Of a DNA stretch of 37,479 bases, positions 10,322 to 17,812 are shown piece after piece. The first letter of the stretch is position 1. The number at the start of each line of letters is the position of its first letter. The translations under genes and the position numbers were made by a program. The stretch comes from a virus (lineage: Duplodnaviria > Caudoviricetes). Location of the stretch: positions 1 to 37,479 of the IMG/VR virus record IMGVR_UViG_3300017912_000738. One strand, given 5' to 3'. The notes beneath the pieces are model-generated. The model saw only the letters and a list, made by a program, of their open reading frames with translations. It was not told the DNA's origin and searched no databases.

Positions 10322-12580
10322 ATGGCGTCAAAAATTGAACAGCTAAGAAAACAATATCCTCAGTATAATGACATGAGCGATGATGAATTTGCTAAAGCTT
10401 TTCATAAAAATTTTTACAGCGATTTAGAATATGACGACTTTGCTAAAAGATTAGGAGTAGCTTCGGCTATAACGCCGTCTGGAACTGAGCTTGTAGAAAC
10501 TTATGGAGATGGCGGTCGTATCGTAAGAAATATTAAGACCGGAAAAGAGTCCTACGTCTCTGATGCTTTTGCCACGAGTGATCCTGTCAGGATTGCAGAG
10601 ATAAGAGCCGCAGAAGGAAAAGCCGGTGGAGCTTCACGAATTGGCTTTGCTCAAGATATAATTGATCAAGCCGGAAAATTTAAAATTGGCAATTTAAATG
10701 TAAATTTAGGCGAAATACCCGCAAGAGCGGCAAGCGCCATAAAAGGTGTGCCGTTTATTGGATCATATGCTGATGAAGCTATCGGCGCCCTTTTTGGCCA
10801 AGATGCGGCGTCAGCTACAAGAGCTGCACAAGAAGCTAGAGAAATAGTAGCTCCAAAGACTGTTATGGCATCGAGGGCAGCTACAGGTTTAGCTACTGCG
10901 GTTCCGGCGGCTTTAGCAGCGCCATCAATGGCGCTTACTCCCTTGGGTACTTCATTAACTTCTAGAATGGTTGCCGGTGCGGGTTTAGGCGCAGCCGGAG
11001 GAGCTTTAGAGGGCGCCATCTATGGCTCTGGCGAAGGGCGAACTGCACGAGAAAGAAAAGATCAGGCAATTAGCGGCGGTAAAGTAGGCGCCGCATTTGG
11101 TGGTATTTTAGGTCCGGCGCTTCCCGCAGCCGGTGCAGCAATAGGTGCGCTTCGAGGTAGCCGTGTAGCAGCTCCCGCAAGAGCCACGCAGAGAGAGCTA
11201 GGCATAAAAGGTCAAGCGACAGATCTCCTAAGCGCTGCGGCTCGAATGGATGAGCCTATGGCGGCTGCTAACATGGCAAGAGCCGGTCAATACGGGTCAC
11301 TTGGTATGATGGGGCCATCAACCAGAAACTTGCTCGACCTAGCCGCAGCATCCACAAGCGAGGGCGCAGCAAGAGCTAGGCAGAATATAGAAGAGTTAGC
11401 GGGTGATGCCGGTAGGCAGTTTGATGAGCTTTTAGATGATACTTTTGGCGGGGCTGAAGCAGCGTTAAAAGTTCAAGATAACTTAATGTCGTCAACAGCC
11501 GGAGTAAGATCTGATGCTTATGATGCAGCGTATGAGAAAGCTATTGATTATGCGTCGCCTAATGGGATTGAATTAGATAATTTACTCAAAAGAGTAAAAC
11601 CTTCTGTTTTAAAAAATGCAGAAGACTTGATGAGAATGGAGGGAAGAGAAAGTTCTCAAATATTTGTTAAGCTTGATAAAAATGGTAATGTAAAAAGTTT
11701 TACGCGCAAGCCTGACGTTGAACAAATTGATTATATTACTCAAGCATTAAATAATGTTAGCCCGACAGCTCCTCGACAAGATATTGCCGCCGCTAGAAAC
11801 TTAGCGAGTAAAATTAGAAAATCTTTAGACAAGCAAATACCTGAATATGCTGCGGCTAGAAATATAGCCGGTGATGTAATTAGCATTAGAGAAGCTATAG
11901 ATCTTGGTACTGATGTATTTACCAAAAAAGTAACTCGATACGATCTAGAGAAAGCCGTTTCAGATATGGGCGGGGCAGAGCTTAACGGCTTGAGGCAAGG
12001 TGTTCGAAGCTACATCGATGAGCTTATGGCCAATGCTAAGGCGTCATTAACAGATCCTAATCAAGATGCTAGGGAGCTAATTGCACCAATTAAAAATCTT
12101 ATGTCTAGAAGTAGCCGAGAAAAACTTCAAACAATATTAGGTGAAGATGCTGCAAAAGAATTTAACAGGCAGCTTGACGAAGTATATTCAGTAATGAATA
12201 TGCGTGCCGGAGTAGCTCAGCAAACAAAAACAGCCGTTAGGCAAATGGCCAAAGAAACCGCCGAAGACGCAACAGATCCAAGCTTGCTAGGCTTAATGGG
12301 AGAAAGAGGCTTAACAGGTGGAATAGCTGAAAAGTTCAGACGTCAGCTTGGCGATCAACCATCTAAGAACGAACAATTTAGGGCGTTGATGGGCGAGATA
12401 GCTGAGCCTCTAACAAGGCAAGCAGATCTAACCACGCTCACACGTCAGATGGAACAATTAAGAAGAGCCGCGCCTCAGCTACAGAGAGCTGATGATATAT
12501 ACGAAACTGGTAAAAGTCTCGGAACTATCGGCGCGACCGGCTTAACTCCGGCTATGCAGTCCCTTCTGGGGTATCGCTAA
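10322..12580 (+). CDS. Large internal virion (ejection) protein
   Basis: LRKQYPQYNDMSDDEFA N-terminus, G/A-rich hydrophobic segments, long helical C-terminus. Last gene of the virion operon. Confidence 0.7.
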   Translation: MASKIEQLRKQYPQYNDMSDDEFAKAFHKNFYSDLEYDDFAKRLGVASAITPSGTELVETYGDGGRIVRNIKTGKESYVSDAFATSDPVRIAEIRAAEGKAGGASRIGFAQDIIDQAGKFKIGNLNVNLGEIPARAASAIKGVPFIGSYADEAIGALFGQDAASATRAAQEAREIVAPKTVMASRAATGLATAVPAALAAPSMALTPLGTSLTSRMVAGAGLGAAGGALEGAIYGSGEGRTARERKDQAISGGKVGAAFGGILGPALPAAGAAIGALRGSRVAAPARATQRELGIKGQATDLLSAAARMDEPMAAANMARAGQYGSLGMMGPSTRNLLDLAAASTSEGAARARQNIEELAGDAGRQFDELLDDTFGGAEAALKVQDNLMSSTAGVRSDAYDAAYEKAIDYASPNGIELDNLLKRVKPSVLKNAEDLMRMEGRESSQIFVKLDKNGNVKSFTRKPDVEQIDYITQALNNVSPTAPRQDIAAARNLASKIRKSLDKQIPEYAAARNIAGDVISIREAIDLGTDVFTKKVTRYDLEKAVSDMGGAELNGLRQGVRSYIDELMANAKASLTDPNQDARELIAPIKNLMSRSSREKLQTILGEDAAKEFNRQLDEVYSVMNMRAGVAQQTKTAVRQMAKETAEDATDPSLLGLMGERGLTGGIAEKFRRQLGDQPSKNEQFRALMGEIAEPLTRQADLTTLTRQMEQLRRAAPQLQRADDIYETGKSLGTIGATGLTPAMQSLLGYR

Positions 12581-12884
12581 CCCAAGCTTCGTTTTCAGGA
12601 GTATTAGGGTCGTCTCCTATGAGGCGCCCTTTTTCGTCCCTAGCTCGCTTTTTTTTTGAGCCTGTAGCTTTTGCCTTTTTAGGCATTTCTTTTTTTAGCT
12701 TTTCAATCATTTCTTTAGGATTATTGGTTTTTGGCGATGCTAACCTAAGCTTTTCTAGTTCAGCTTTTTGTTGCTGCAACAGCGTAGCCGCTTCTTCGCA
12801 ATGTCTAAAAAGCGCAAACACATTTTGAACTCTGTGCGGTTGCGTAAGAATACGAATCAATTCTTTAAATTCTGGTTCTGTCAT
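12552..12884 (-). CDS. Hypothetical protein with C-terminal RARDEKGR...DDPNTPENEAW motif
   Basis: AAGGAGG RBS and its own sigma70-like promoter. Converges on the virion operon. Confidence 0.75.
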   Translation of the reverse strand: MTEPEFKELIRILTQPHRVQNVFALFRHCEEAATLLQQQKAELEKLRLASPKTNNPKEMIEKLKKEMPKKAKATGSKKKRARDEKGRLIGDDPNTPENEAWVSDTPEGTA

Positions 12885-12909
12885 AATGACCTCCTTTTAA
12901 TATTTTTTT

Positions 12910-12938
12910 AGTTTAGCCAGATAAGTCTTGCGTATCAA
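12910..12938 (-). promoter_or_regulatory. Sigma70-like promoter for the 12884 gene
   Basis: TTGATA-17 bp-TAAACT on the minus strand. Confidence 0.65.
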
Positions 12939-12960
12939 GTCTGTGTTAGTTAACAGTTAA

Positions 12961-13035
12961 GTTACATAGTATATGCTTTTTTACATATATACTTCTCCGA
13001 ACTTGCCCCGTCGTTTTAGGCGGGGTATTTTTTTT
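12961..13035 (+). ncRNA. Candidate small RNA with anti-SD/anti-start tract
   Basis: Non-coding stretch after TTGCGT-17-TAACAG (12928-12956), ending in an intrinsic terminator. Contains ACATATATACTTCTCC. Confidence 0.4.
13004..13035 (+). terminator. Rho-independent terminator
   Basis: GCCCCGTC/GGCGGGGT stem followed by A and a T8 tract. Confidence 0.8.
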
Positions 13036-13088
13036 GTTGCGATAATGTTCACTTGCTGTTAACACTTTCACACGGAAGGAGAATAAAT

Positions 13089-13277
13089 ATGTTAATCGTA
13101 GCAAAAAAAGAAGAAGCTGAAATGCTTCTAAACTCTATTCGTGAGCTTGAAGTAACTATCGCTGAAATGGATGGAGAAGAAGAGGGAAGCCACGGTTTTA
13201 TGCCCTCACAATTAATCGCTTTAAAAAATATAAAAACTGAAATTGAAAAGGAGTTGAAATCAAATGAGAACGGTTGA
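13089..13277 (+). CDS. Hypothetical protein (small, helical, acidic)
   Basis: ATG 13089 follows AAGGAG, which fits better than the TTG at 13053. Confidence 0.65.
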   Translation: MLIVAKKEEAEMLLNSIRELEVTIAEMDGEEEGSHGFMPSQLIALKNIKTEIEKELKSNENG

Positions 13278-13353
13278 TTATATATATTTATATGCACTAG
13301 CTATATTATGGATTATATTCGAGGTAGTTCAGTTTGGAGTAGCTAATGGATGA
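13264..13353 (+). CDS. 29-aa single-pass membrane peptide (not in ORF track)
   Basis: MRTVDYIYLYALAILWIIFEVVQFGVANG. AAGGAG upstream and overlaps both neighbours. Confidence 0.5.
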   Translation: MRTVDYIYLYALAILWIIFEVVQFGVANG

Positions 13354-13531
13354 CAGGCAAAACATTGACGCTGTTATTGTTAGAATAAAGCGCAAGCTTA
13401 GCAATATGCAGAAAGATCAAATAAAATCGGGCAGCTTTCGGTCACATGACACACAAGAATTGTTAGGACTGACAGATATTTTAGAAGCAAAAATAAATAA
13501 ATTAATCGGAGAAGAAAATGAAACAGTTTAA
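13346..13531 (+). CDS. Hypothetical protein
   Basis: GGAG RBS, part of an overlapping operon. Confidence 0.65.
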   Translation: MDDRQNIDAVIVRIKRKLSNMQKDQIKSGSFRSHDTQELLGLTDILEAKINKLIGEENETV

Positions 13532-13817
13532 CTGGCCAAAAAATATGGCGCCAAATGAAAACTTATGGCTTACAATTATGCCGCTCATGAAGGAGGACGC
13601 ACACATATGCAATGTCCGTTTATCCAAAAAGCATGGCATGACATTACCAAAAAAGACGAAACAAAAAACCGAACCCGAAGAGCCTAAGCTAGACGCTATG
13701 GCTCAAAAAATAAAAATGTTGATCGATGAGGGTCTGGACGTAAAGGTAATATCTAAAGTTGTGGATCTTAGCCGCTACAAAGTATCCGAATACATTTCAA
13801 AGCATAATATGAAATGA
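13518..13817 (+). CDS. Hypothetical protein with C-terminal helix-turn-helix
   Basis: IKMLIDEGLDVKVISKVVDLSRYKVSEYI HTH pattern, GGAGAAG RBS. Confidence 0.6.
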   Translation: MKQFNWPKNMAPNENLWLTIMPLMKEDAHICNVRLSKKHGMTLPKKTKQKTEPEEPKLDAMAQKIKMLIDEGLDVKVISKVVDLSRYKVSEYISKHNMK

Positions 13818-14056
13818 TCGAATATTTTACAGCATTAGTTCTTTCTTACACTTTGCACACGCACCAGATCAATACGGTCGTGTGGTTCGAAAGCGAGAAA
13901 CATTGCATCAAAGCTATAAGCAGCCGCACATTCGATAATATGTATGACCACATTTACGAGCTGTACGGCAACGAAATATCTATGTACTGCGTTGTATCTG
14001 AGGTTCGATCAAAATTAGTTAGGCCGCAGCTTAAACCGCTTACAAAATCCAACTAA
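13814..14056 (+). CDS. Hypothetical protein (CX...C, possibly exported)
   Basis: ATGA overlap, hydrophobic N-terminus, F.S...C motif. Confidence 0.6.
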   Translation: MIEYFTALVLSYTLHTHQINTVVWFESEKHCIKAISSRTFDNMYDHIYELYGNEISMYCVVSEVRSKLVRPQLKPLTKSN

Positions 14057-14660
14057 AAATCTTGTTCGTTTGTTCGATACGATCATCTATACCATGATAC
14101 CCGCCGTTGATCCGGCGAGTAATTTTACGGATGTTGTCCTCAGATAATCCTTTATCAGCCATTTCAAAAAGCTTGTTAGCTCTGAAAAACCAGACTGCGC
14201 TTTCAAAAGCATACTCTTTTTCTAGCAACATCGGATTATCCAATACCTCTGGCAATCTCATATCACTAGCGAAAGATCTTACGTTGTCACGTCCGGTTAC
14301 CTGTAAAAATCCTCGACCCAAAAATTTTGCGGCTTCGGCTTCGTCACGATTCCCCATACGACCAGAGTAAACCTTACCGGCGAGCTTCTCAGGGTTCTTA
14401 GCGTATGGCTTAGCATCTTCGACAGTAGGAAAACGTGACGGCCAGACCGCCTGTATTCGCTCAGGAGTGCTGTAGTAGAGACTTTCCTTAGTCTTCCTAA
14501 AGCCGCCACTTTCGTGGTGTACTTGGCCAAGCAGATGGGCGCCACGAAACGCAGACAGATCATAATGCTCTACAATCTTTTTGGCGGTGTTCGGTCCAAA
14601 GCTGCCATCGATAGAATCGCAACCGACTTTTTCCTGTAAATGTTTTAGTGCTTCACTCAT
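14040..14660 (-). CDS. Endolysin, glycoside hydrolase family 19, with N-terminal peptidoglycan-binding motif
   Basis: LQ..VG...DGSFGPNT, HESGGF...E, GRGFLQVTGRDN, TRRINGGYHGIDDR. Confidence 0.92.
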   Translation of the reverse strand: MSEALKHLQEKVGCDSIDGSFGPNTAKKIVEHYDLSAFRGAHLLGQVHHESGGFRKTKESLYYSTPERIQAVWPSRFPTVEDAKPYAKNPEKLAGKVYSGRMGNRDEAEAAKFLGRGFLQVTGRDNVRSFASDMRLPEVLDNPMLLEKEYAFESAVWFFRANKLFEMADKGLSEDNIRKITRRINGGYHGIDDRIEQTNKIFSWIL

Positions 14661-15049
14661 TTTTTGCCTCCGAAAAACTTAGTAGCTGACCTTACGGCGA
14701 AGCTACTCGCCACGATTACACCCAAGGTGTAACTATACCACTCCGGCATTTGCTCCAAAGCAGCGAAGCCATCTGTCACGGCTTCCTTTGCCCATTCGAA
14801 CGGCAAGAACGAAAGTATAAGCGGGATTGAAAAAAGCAAAACTAGGTACTCGTCCTTCCACGAATTAGCGCTTGCGTTAGCCATAATGCGATCCCACTCG
14901 GCCTCGCTTGTAGCGGCTGACACCATTATGGCTGCTTCCGCTTCTGCTTTAGCAACCTTGACTTTATTCTGTGCGGCTTTCTCTTCAACTTTTCCATTCA
15001 GCCATGTACCGGCCAAATTAGCTACTGGTCCTAATAATTGTCCTATCAT
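14657..15049 (-). CDS. Holin-like membrane protein
   Basis: Amphipathic N-helix, SWKDE then two TM helices with MPEWY, basic C-terminus. Adjacent to the endolysin. Confidence 0.75.
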   Translation of the reverse strand: MIGQLLGPVANLAGTWLNGKVEEKAAQNKVKVAKAEAEAAIMVSAATSEAEWDRIMANASANSWKDEYLVLLFSIPLILSFLPFEWAKEAVTDGFAALEQMPEWYSYTLGVIVASSFAVRSATKFFGGKK

Positions 15050-15351
15050 TCCTTTTTACCCATGTTTGTGAAACCGTAGTAAGCTGCGACTATTGCAGCA
15101 ATACTGACATAATATATGTTACTCATGCTCGATAGCATCTCTGACGCTCTGGGTAGCTCCATCCACTCCGTAAAGACTACGCCAAATGGAAACAACAGCA
15201 TACCTGTCAAACTAAACCACGCCATCCGACGTTGAGCGTCGCGTTTGGCATCGGCGTCAATCATGATTCTGCGTCTGTCTTCGAGCATTATTTCGCGCTC
15301 TTCGGGGTCGATCTTTCCGTTGTCATTTAAATCATACTTAGCTTTCGGCAT
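15046..15351 (-). CDS. Two-TM membrane protein with N-terminal EF-hand-like loop (holin/antiholin-like)
   Basis: DLNDNGKIDPEE loop, RRMAWFSL then two TM helices, AGGAGG RBS. Confidence 0.65.
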   Translation of the reverse strand: MPKAKYDLNDNGKIDPEEREIMLEDRRRIMIDADAKRDAQRRMAWFSLTGMLLFPFGVVFTEWMELPRASEMLSSMSNIYYVSIAAIVAAYYGFTNMGKKE

Positions 15352-15454
15352 CTAAAAACCTCCTTGCTACTCTTAGGTCACTTGTCTGTATAACGACTTT
15401 ACCACTTTCTGTATATACGACAAACCTATTTCGCTTAACCTCAACAAGTCTCAC
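15338..15454 (-). CDS. 38-aa hypothetical protein (not in ORF track)
   Basis: GTG start overlapping the upstream stop (GTGA). MRLVEVKRNRFVVYTESGKVVIQTSDLRVARRFLDAES fills the operon gap. Confidence 0.55.
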   Translation of the reverse strand: MRLVEVKRNRFVVYTESGKVVIQTSDLRVARRFLDAES

Positions 15455-15906
15455 CTAAACCAATCTCTAACGTCAATCCAATCCATATAATGCAAATAGG
15501 CTGTAGCACCGACTGCGGAGAACACCAAAAGCACAACTATTCCGACTATGGTAATCATCATTTCCTGACGTTCTATCGCGTCACGCCTCGCCTGAGCCTC
15601 TGCCTCGCGCTTTTCTGCGAGAACTTCTCTACGAATTTTTAAAAGCTCCAAGTATTTTGATCTGCCATACGTCTGCGTAATCCACTCCTTGAGTTCTTCC
15701 TCAGCCTCCGCAGCCTGACGTAGTTTAGCCCATCTATCCATAGCAGTGGCGTTTGTGCTTTTAGCAGACACGCCTTTTTGTTGCAGCGTTTTCTTGGCTG
15801 CATCGGTTGCGTCAAAAAACTTGCCAATATCTTTCGATAATGCGCTGATGGTCTTGCCGGTTTGGAGGCCTAACTTTATTCCGCTAAGAATTGTAAGAGG
15901 GTCCAT
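15451..15906 (-). CDS. Coiled-coil protein with C-terminal TM helix (lysis cassette)
   Basis: MDPLTIL start, heptad region, hydrophobic C-terminal helix. Confidence 0.7.
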   Translation of the reverse strand: MDPLTILSGIKLGLQTGKTISALSKDIGKFFDATDAAKKTLQQKGVSAKSTNATAMDRWAKLRQAAEAEEELKEWITQTYGRSKYLELLKIRREVLAEKREAEAQARRDAIERQEMMITIVGIVVLLVFSAVGATAYLHYMDWIDVRDWFR

Positions 15907-15907
15907 T

Positions 15908-16312
15908 TTACATACCGTCTTTGCGGGTAAACTCTACTGTCTTCTCTAATATAGCGACCCTCGATTGCAGCTTGATAATCTCCATCATTTGTCCGGCCAT
16001 TGATCCAGTGTCCTCGTGGATTGTATCGATCTCCGACCATAGCTCCTGATCAGCGTCATCCATGTCTTCGTACACCTCCGACAGTATATCCATCATTTCC
16101 TGTATATGCTCTTGGTTGCGCTCAATATCTCTAATCATGTTTACCTTATCAGTCGTATTGCTCTGGGCATCGAGGACAGCCACAGTCTCTTCGAGGTTAG
16201 CAATGATCGAAGCTTGCTCACTGGCATACCACACCATACCGCCCAAACTTGAACAGATCACTCCAATGACGGCAATATTAACTTTTGGCAATTTATCCAT
16301 AATAAACTCCAT
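15908..16312 (-). CDS. N-terminal TM plus acidic coiled-coil protein (lysis cassette, start may be the second Met)
   Basis: TM segment IAVIGVICSSLGGMVWY then coiled coil. GGAG precedes the MDKL start. Confidence 0.65.
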   Translation of the reverse strand: MEFIMDKLPKVNIAVIGVICSSLGGMVWYASEQASIIANLEETVAVLDAQSNTTDKVNMIRDIERNQEHIQEMMDILSEVYEDMDDADQELWSEIDTIHEDTGSMAGQMMEIIKLQSRVAILEKTVEFTRKDGM

Positions 16313-16355
16313 TTTCCCTTTTTTAACATACTTTAGCTTATATTGAAATAAGGGG

Positions 16356-16409
16356 TTGACGTTAACAACTTGTTAACGCATTATACTTGTATAACGAATC
16401 AAAGGAGAA
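16356..16409 (+). promoter_or_regulatory. Early promoter cassette 1 with TTAA-N7-TTAA box
   Basis: TTGACG-17-CATTAT, box at 16362-16376, leader ATAACGAATCAAAGGAGAA. Confidence 0.85.
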
Positions 16410-16700
16410 GTGAAAATGCAAAGCATCAAAGAAATAAACGCTCAGTTAGTAAAAATCGGCGAAGAGATTAAAGCGGAGATGCCATCTTATATGTTAGATA
16501 GCAAAAACTATAATTCGCAAAAAACACTTATCAGACTTGCAGTTCGTTGCATCGAGCAACAAGAATACAGTTCATCGATAATTGGCAAAGACTACGATGG
16601 TAACTGGAGAGAAGGTAAAACTTTACGTTTTCCTGCTGCAAGAAATGATGAATTGTTTGCTTTGCTAAAAAGCTACAAAGCAGCAAACTTTGAATTTTAA
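16410..16700 (+). CDS. Early hypothetical protein
   Basis: Follows cassette 1 and its RBS. Start is GTG 16410 or ATG 16416. Confidence 0.75.
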   Translation: MKMQSIKEINAQLVKIGEEIKAEMPSYMLDSKNYNSQKTLIRLAVRCIEQQEYSSSIIGKDYDGNWREGKTLRFPAARNDELFALLKSYKAANFEF

Positions 16701-16712
16701 GGAGAAGTAAAA

Positions 16713-16889
16713 ATGTTAGAAGTAAATACAAAAGTTATGATTAAAAGTAGTAGGTTACACAGAGGATTGCATAACGGACAAATAGGTACAATCGTACAAA
16801 TTCATGATAACAATGTTTTTGTTCGTATTAACTATGAATTAGGAGATACCATAGCTTGGTTGTTCGCTGATGAAGTGGTGGGGGCTTAA
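16713..16889 (+). CDS. 58-aa SH3/KOW-like small beta-barrel protein (not in ORF track)
   Basis: MLEVNTKVMIKSSRLHRGLHNGQIGTIVQIHDNNVFVRINYELGDTIAWLFADEVVGA, AAGGAGAAG RBS. Confidence 0.7.
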   Translation: MLEVNTKVMIKSSRLHRGLHNGQIGTIVQIHDNNVFVRINYELGDTIAWLFADEVVGA

Positions 16890-16900
16890 CAGCCCCTTTT
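16881..16900 (+). terminator. Rho-independent terminator
   Basis: GGGGCT-TAAC-AGCCCC-TTTT. Confidence 0.7.
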
Positions 16901-16904
16901 CTGC

Positions 16905-16960
16905 TTGACGTTAACAGATTGTTAACGTATTATAATTGTATAACGAATCAAAGGAGAAAT
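16905..16960 (+). promoter_or_regulatory. Early promoter cassette 2 with TTAA-N7-TTAA box
   Basis: TTGACG-17-TATTAT, box at 16911-16925, same leader as cassette 1. Confidence 0.88.
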
Positions 16961-16964
16961 AAAA

Positions 16965-17555
16965 ATGGCATATAATCCCTCACACGAATATGAGCATCTA
17001 TATGATCCGGCTATCAAGCGTTATAAAATTGAAAATGCTCGAAAGGGCAGACTTCAAAGATGGAAAGCGAGAGATGACCGCGCTCAAGAAATTATTGATT
17101 TTCTTAATGATAAAGTTGGCATTTGGACAAGCGCAAACACTGAAGCGAAAAACTTTTTAGAAAGTATGTCAAAAGCTATTTTTGTCTGGGGTCACTTAAC
17201 TGACGGTCAGCGAAATGCGATGGTCAAAATTCTTGACAAAGAAATAGCTCGTAAGGCTGAGTGGGCTTCCAGAGATGGTAAGTGTGAGTTTGTTGGCACT
17301 GTAGGCGAGCGTCAGGCTTTTGAAGTTACAGTAAAGCACGTCGTAGAGCTTGAGGGCATTTATGGTATCTCATACCTTCACATTTGCCGTGACGCTGATG
17401 ACAACGTAATCATCTACAAAGGCACACAACACTGGGAGAAAGGCGCTCAAGTGACTTTCATGGCCAAAGTAAAAGATCATGGCGTTCGTGATGGTGTGAA
17501 GCAAACTATCATTCAGCGCCCCACAAAAGTTAAAATAAATGGGGAGGATTACTAA
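16965..17555 (+). CDS. Early protein with OB-fold-like C-terminal domain
   Basis: FVGTVGER...V.V...YG.S......D...N....K...G..V...A.VK.H....GVKQT...RP pattern. Confidence 0.7.
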   Translation: MAYNPSHEYEHLYDPAIKRYKIENARKGRLQRWKARDDRAQEIIDFLNDKVGIWTSANTEAKNFLESMSKAIFVWGHLTDGQRNAMVKILDKEIARKAEWASRDGKCEFVGTVGERQAFEVTVKHVVELEGIYGISYLHICRDADDNVIIYKGTQHWEKGAQVTFMAKVKDHGVRDGVKQTIIQRPTKVKINGEDY

Positions 17556-17561
17556 TCGCAG

Positions 17562-17581
17562 AGGGGTTTAACAACCCCCTT
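17562..17581 (+). terminator. Hairpin / weak terminator
   Basis: AGGGG..CCCCT stem similar to the one at 16881, short T tail. Confidence 0.45.
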
Positions 17582-17615
17582 GCACTTTTCTCACAATCTG
17601 TTAACGATGCGTTAA
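17580..17615 (+). promoter_or_regulatory. Promoter of the RHH/replication operon with TTAA-N7-TTAA box
   Basis: TTGCAC at 17580. TTAACGATGCGTTAA at 17601-17615 covers the -10/+1 region. Confidence 0.65.
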
Positions 17616-17626
17616 AGGAGATATAA

Positions 17627-17812
17627 ATGAACACGCAAAAACAGGAACGAAAGATCGGTCAGGTCGGCCCTCGAATGGAGGAGGAGCTGATCGAGCTTGC
17701 TAAGGACAAAGCCAATCGTATGGGGATTTCTCTCAATACATACTTTCGGTCGTTGGTACTCAAGGATCTGAAAAAAGATAAGGTGAAGTTCAAGCATGAT
17801 TATTGGCATTGA
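17627..17812 (+). CDS. Ribbon-helix-helix (Arc-like) DNA-binding protein
   Basis: QVGPRMEEELIELAKDKANRMGISLNTYFRSLVLKDL, AAGGAG RBS. Confidence 0.75.
   Translation: MNTQKQERKIGQVGPRMEEELIELAKDKANRMGISLNTYFRSLVLKDLKKDKVKFKHDYWH

Noticed and set aside
602-12025. Antisense and alternate-frame ORFs within tail and ejection genes (for example 602-892, 2285-3131, 4306-4614, 10666-11019)
   Set aside because: Shadow ORFs of well-supported genes, with no RBS or protein-like motifs
16356-16960. Repeats as a CRISPR array
   Set aside because: The copies are hundreds of bp to kb apart, separated by genes, and contain -35/-10 and RBS elements. No cas genes are present
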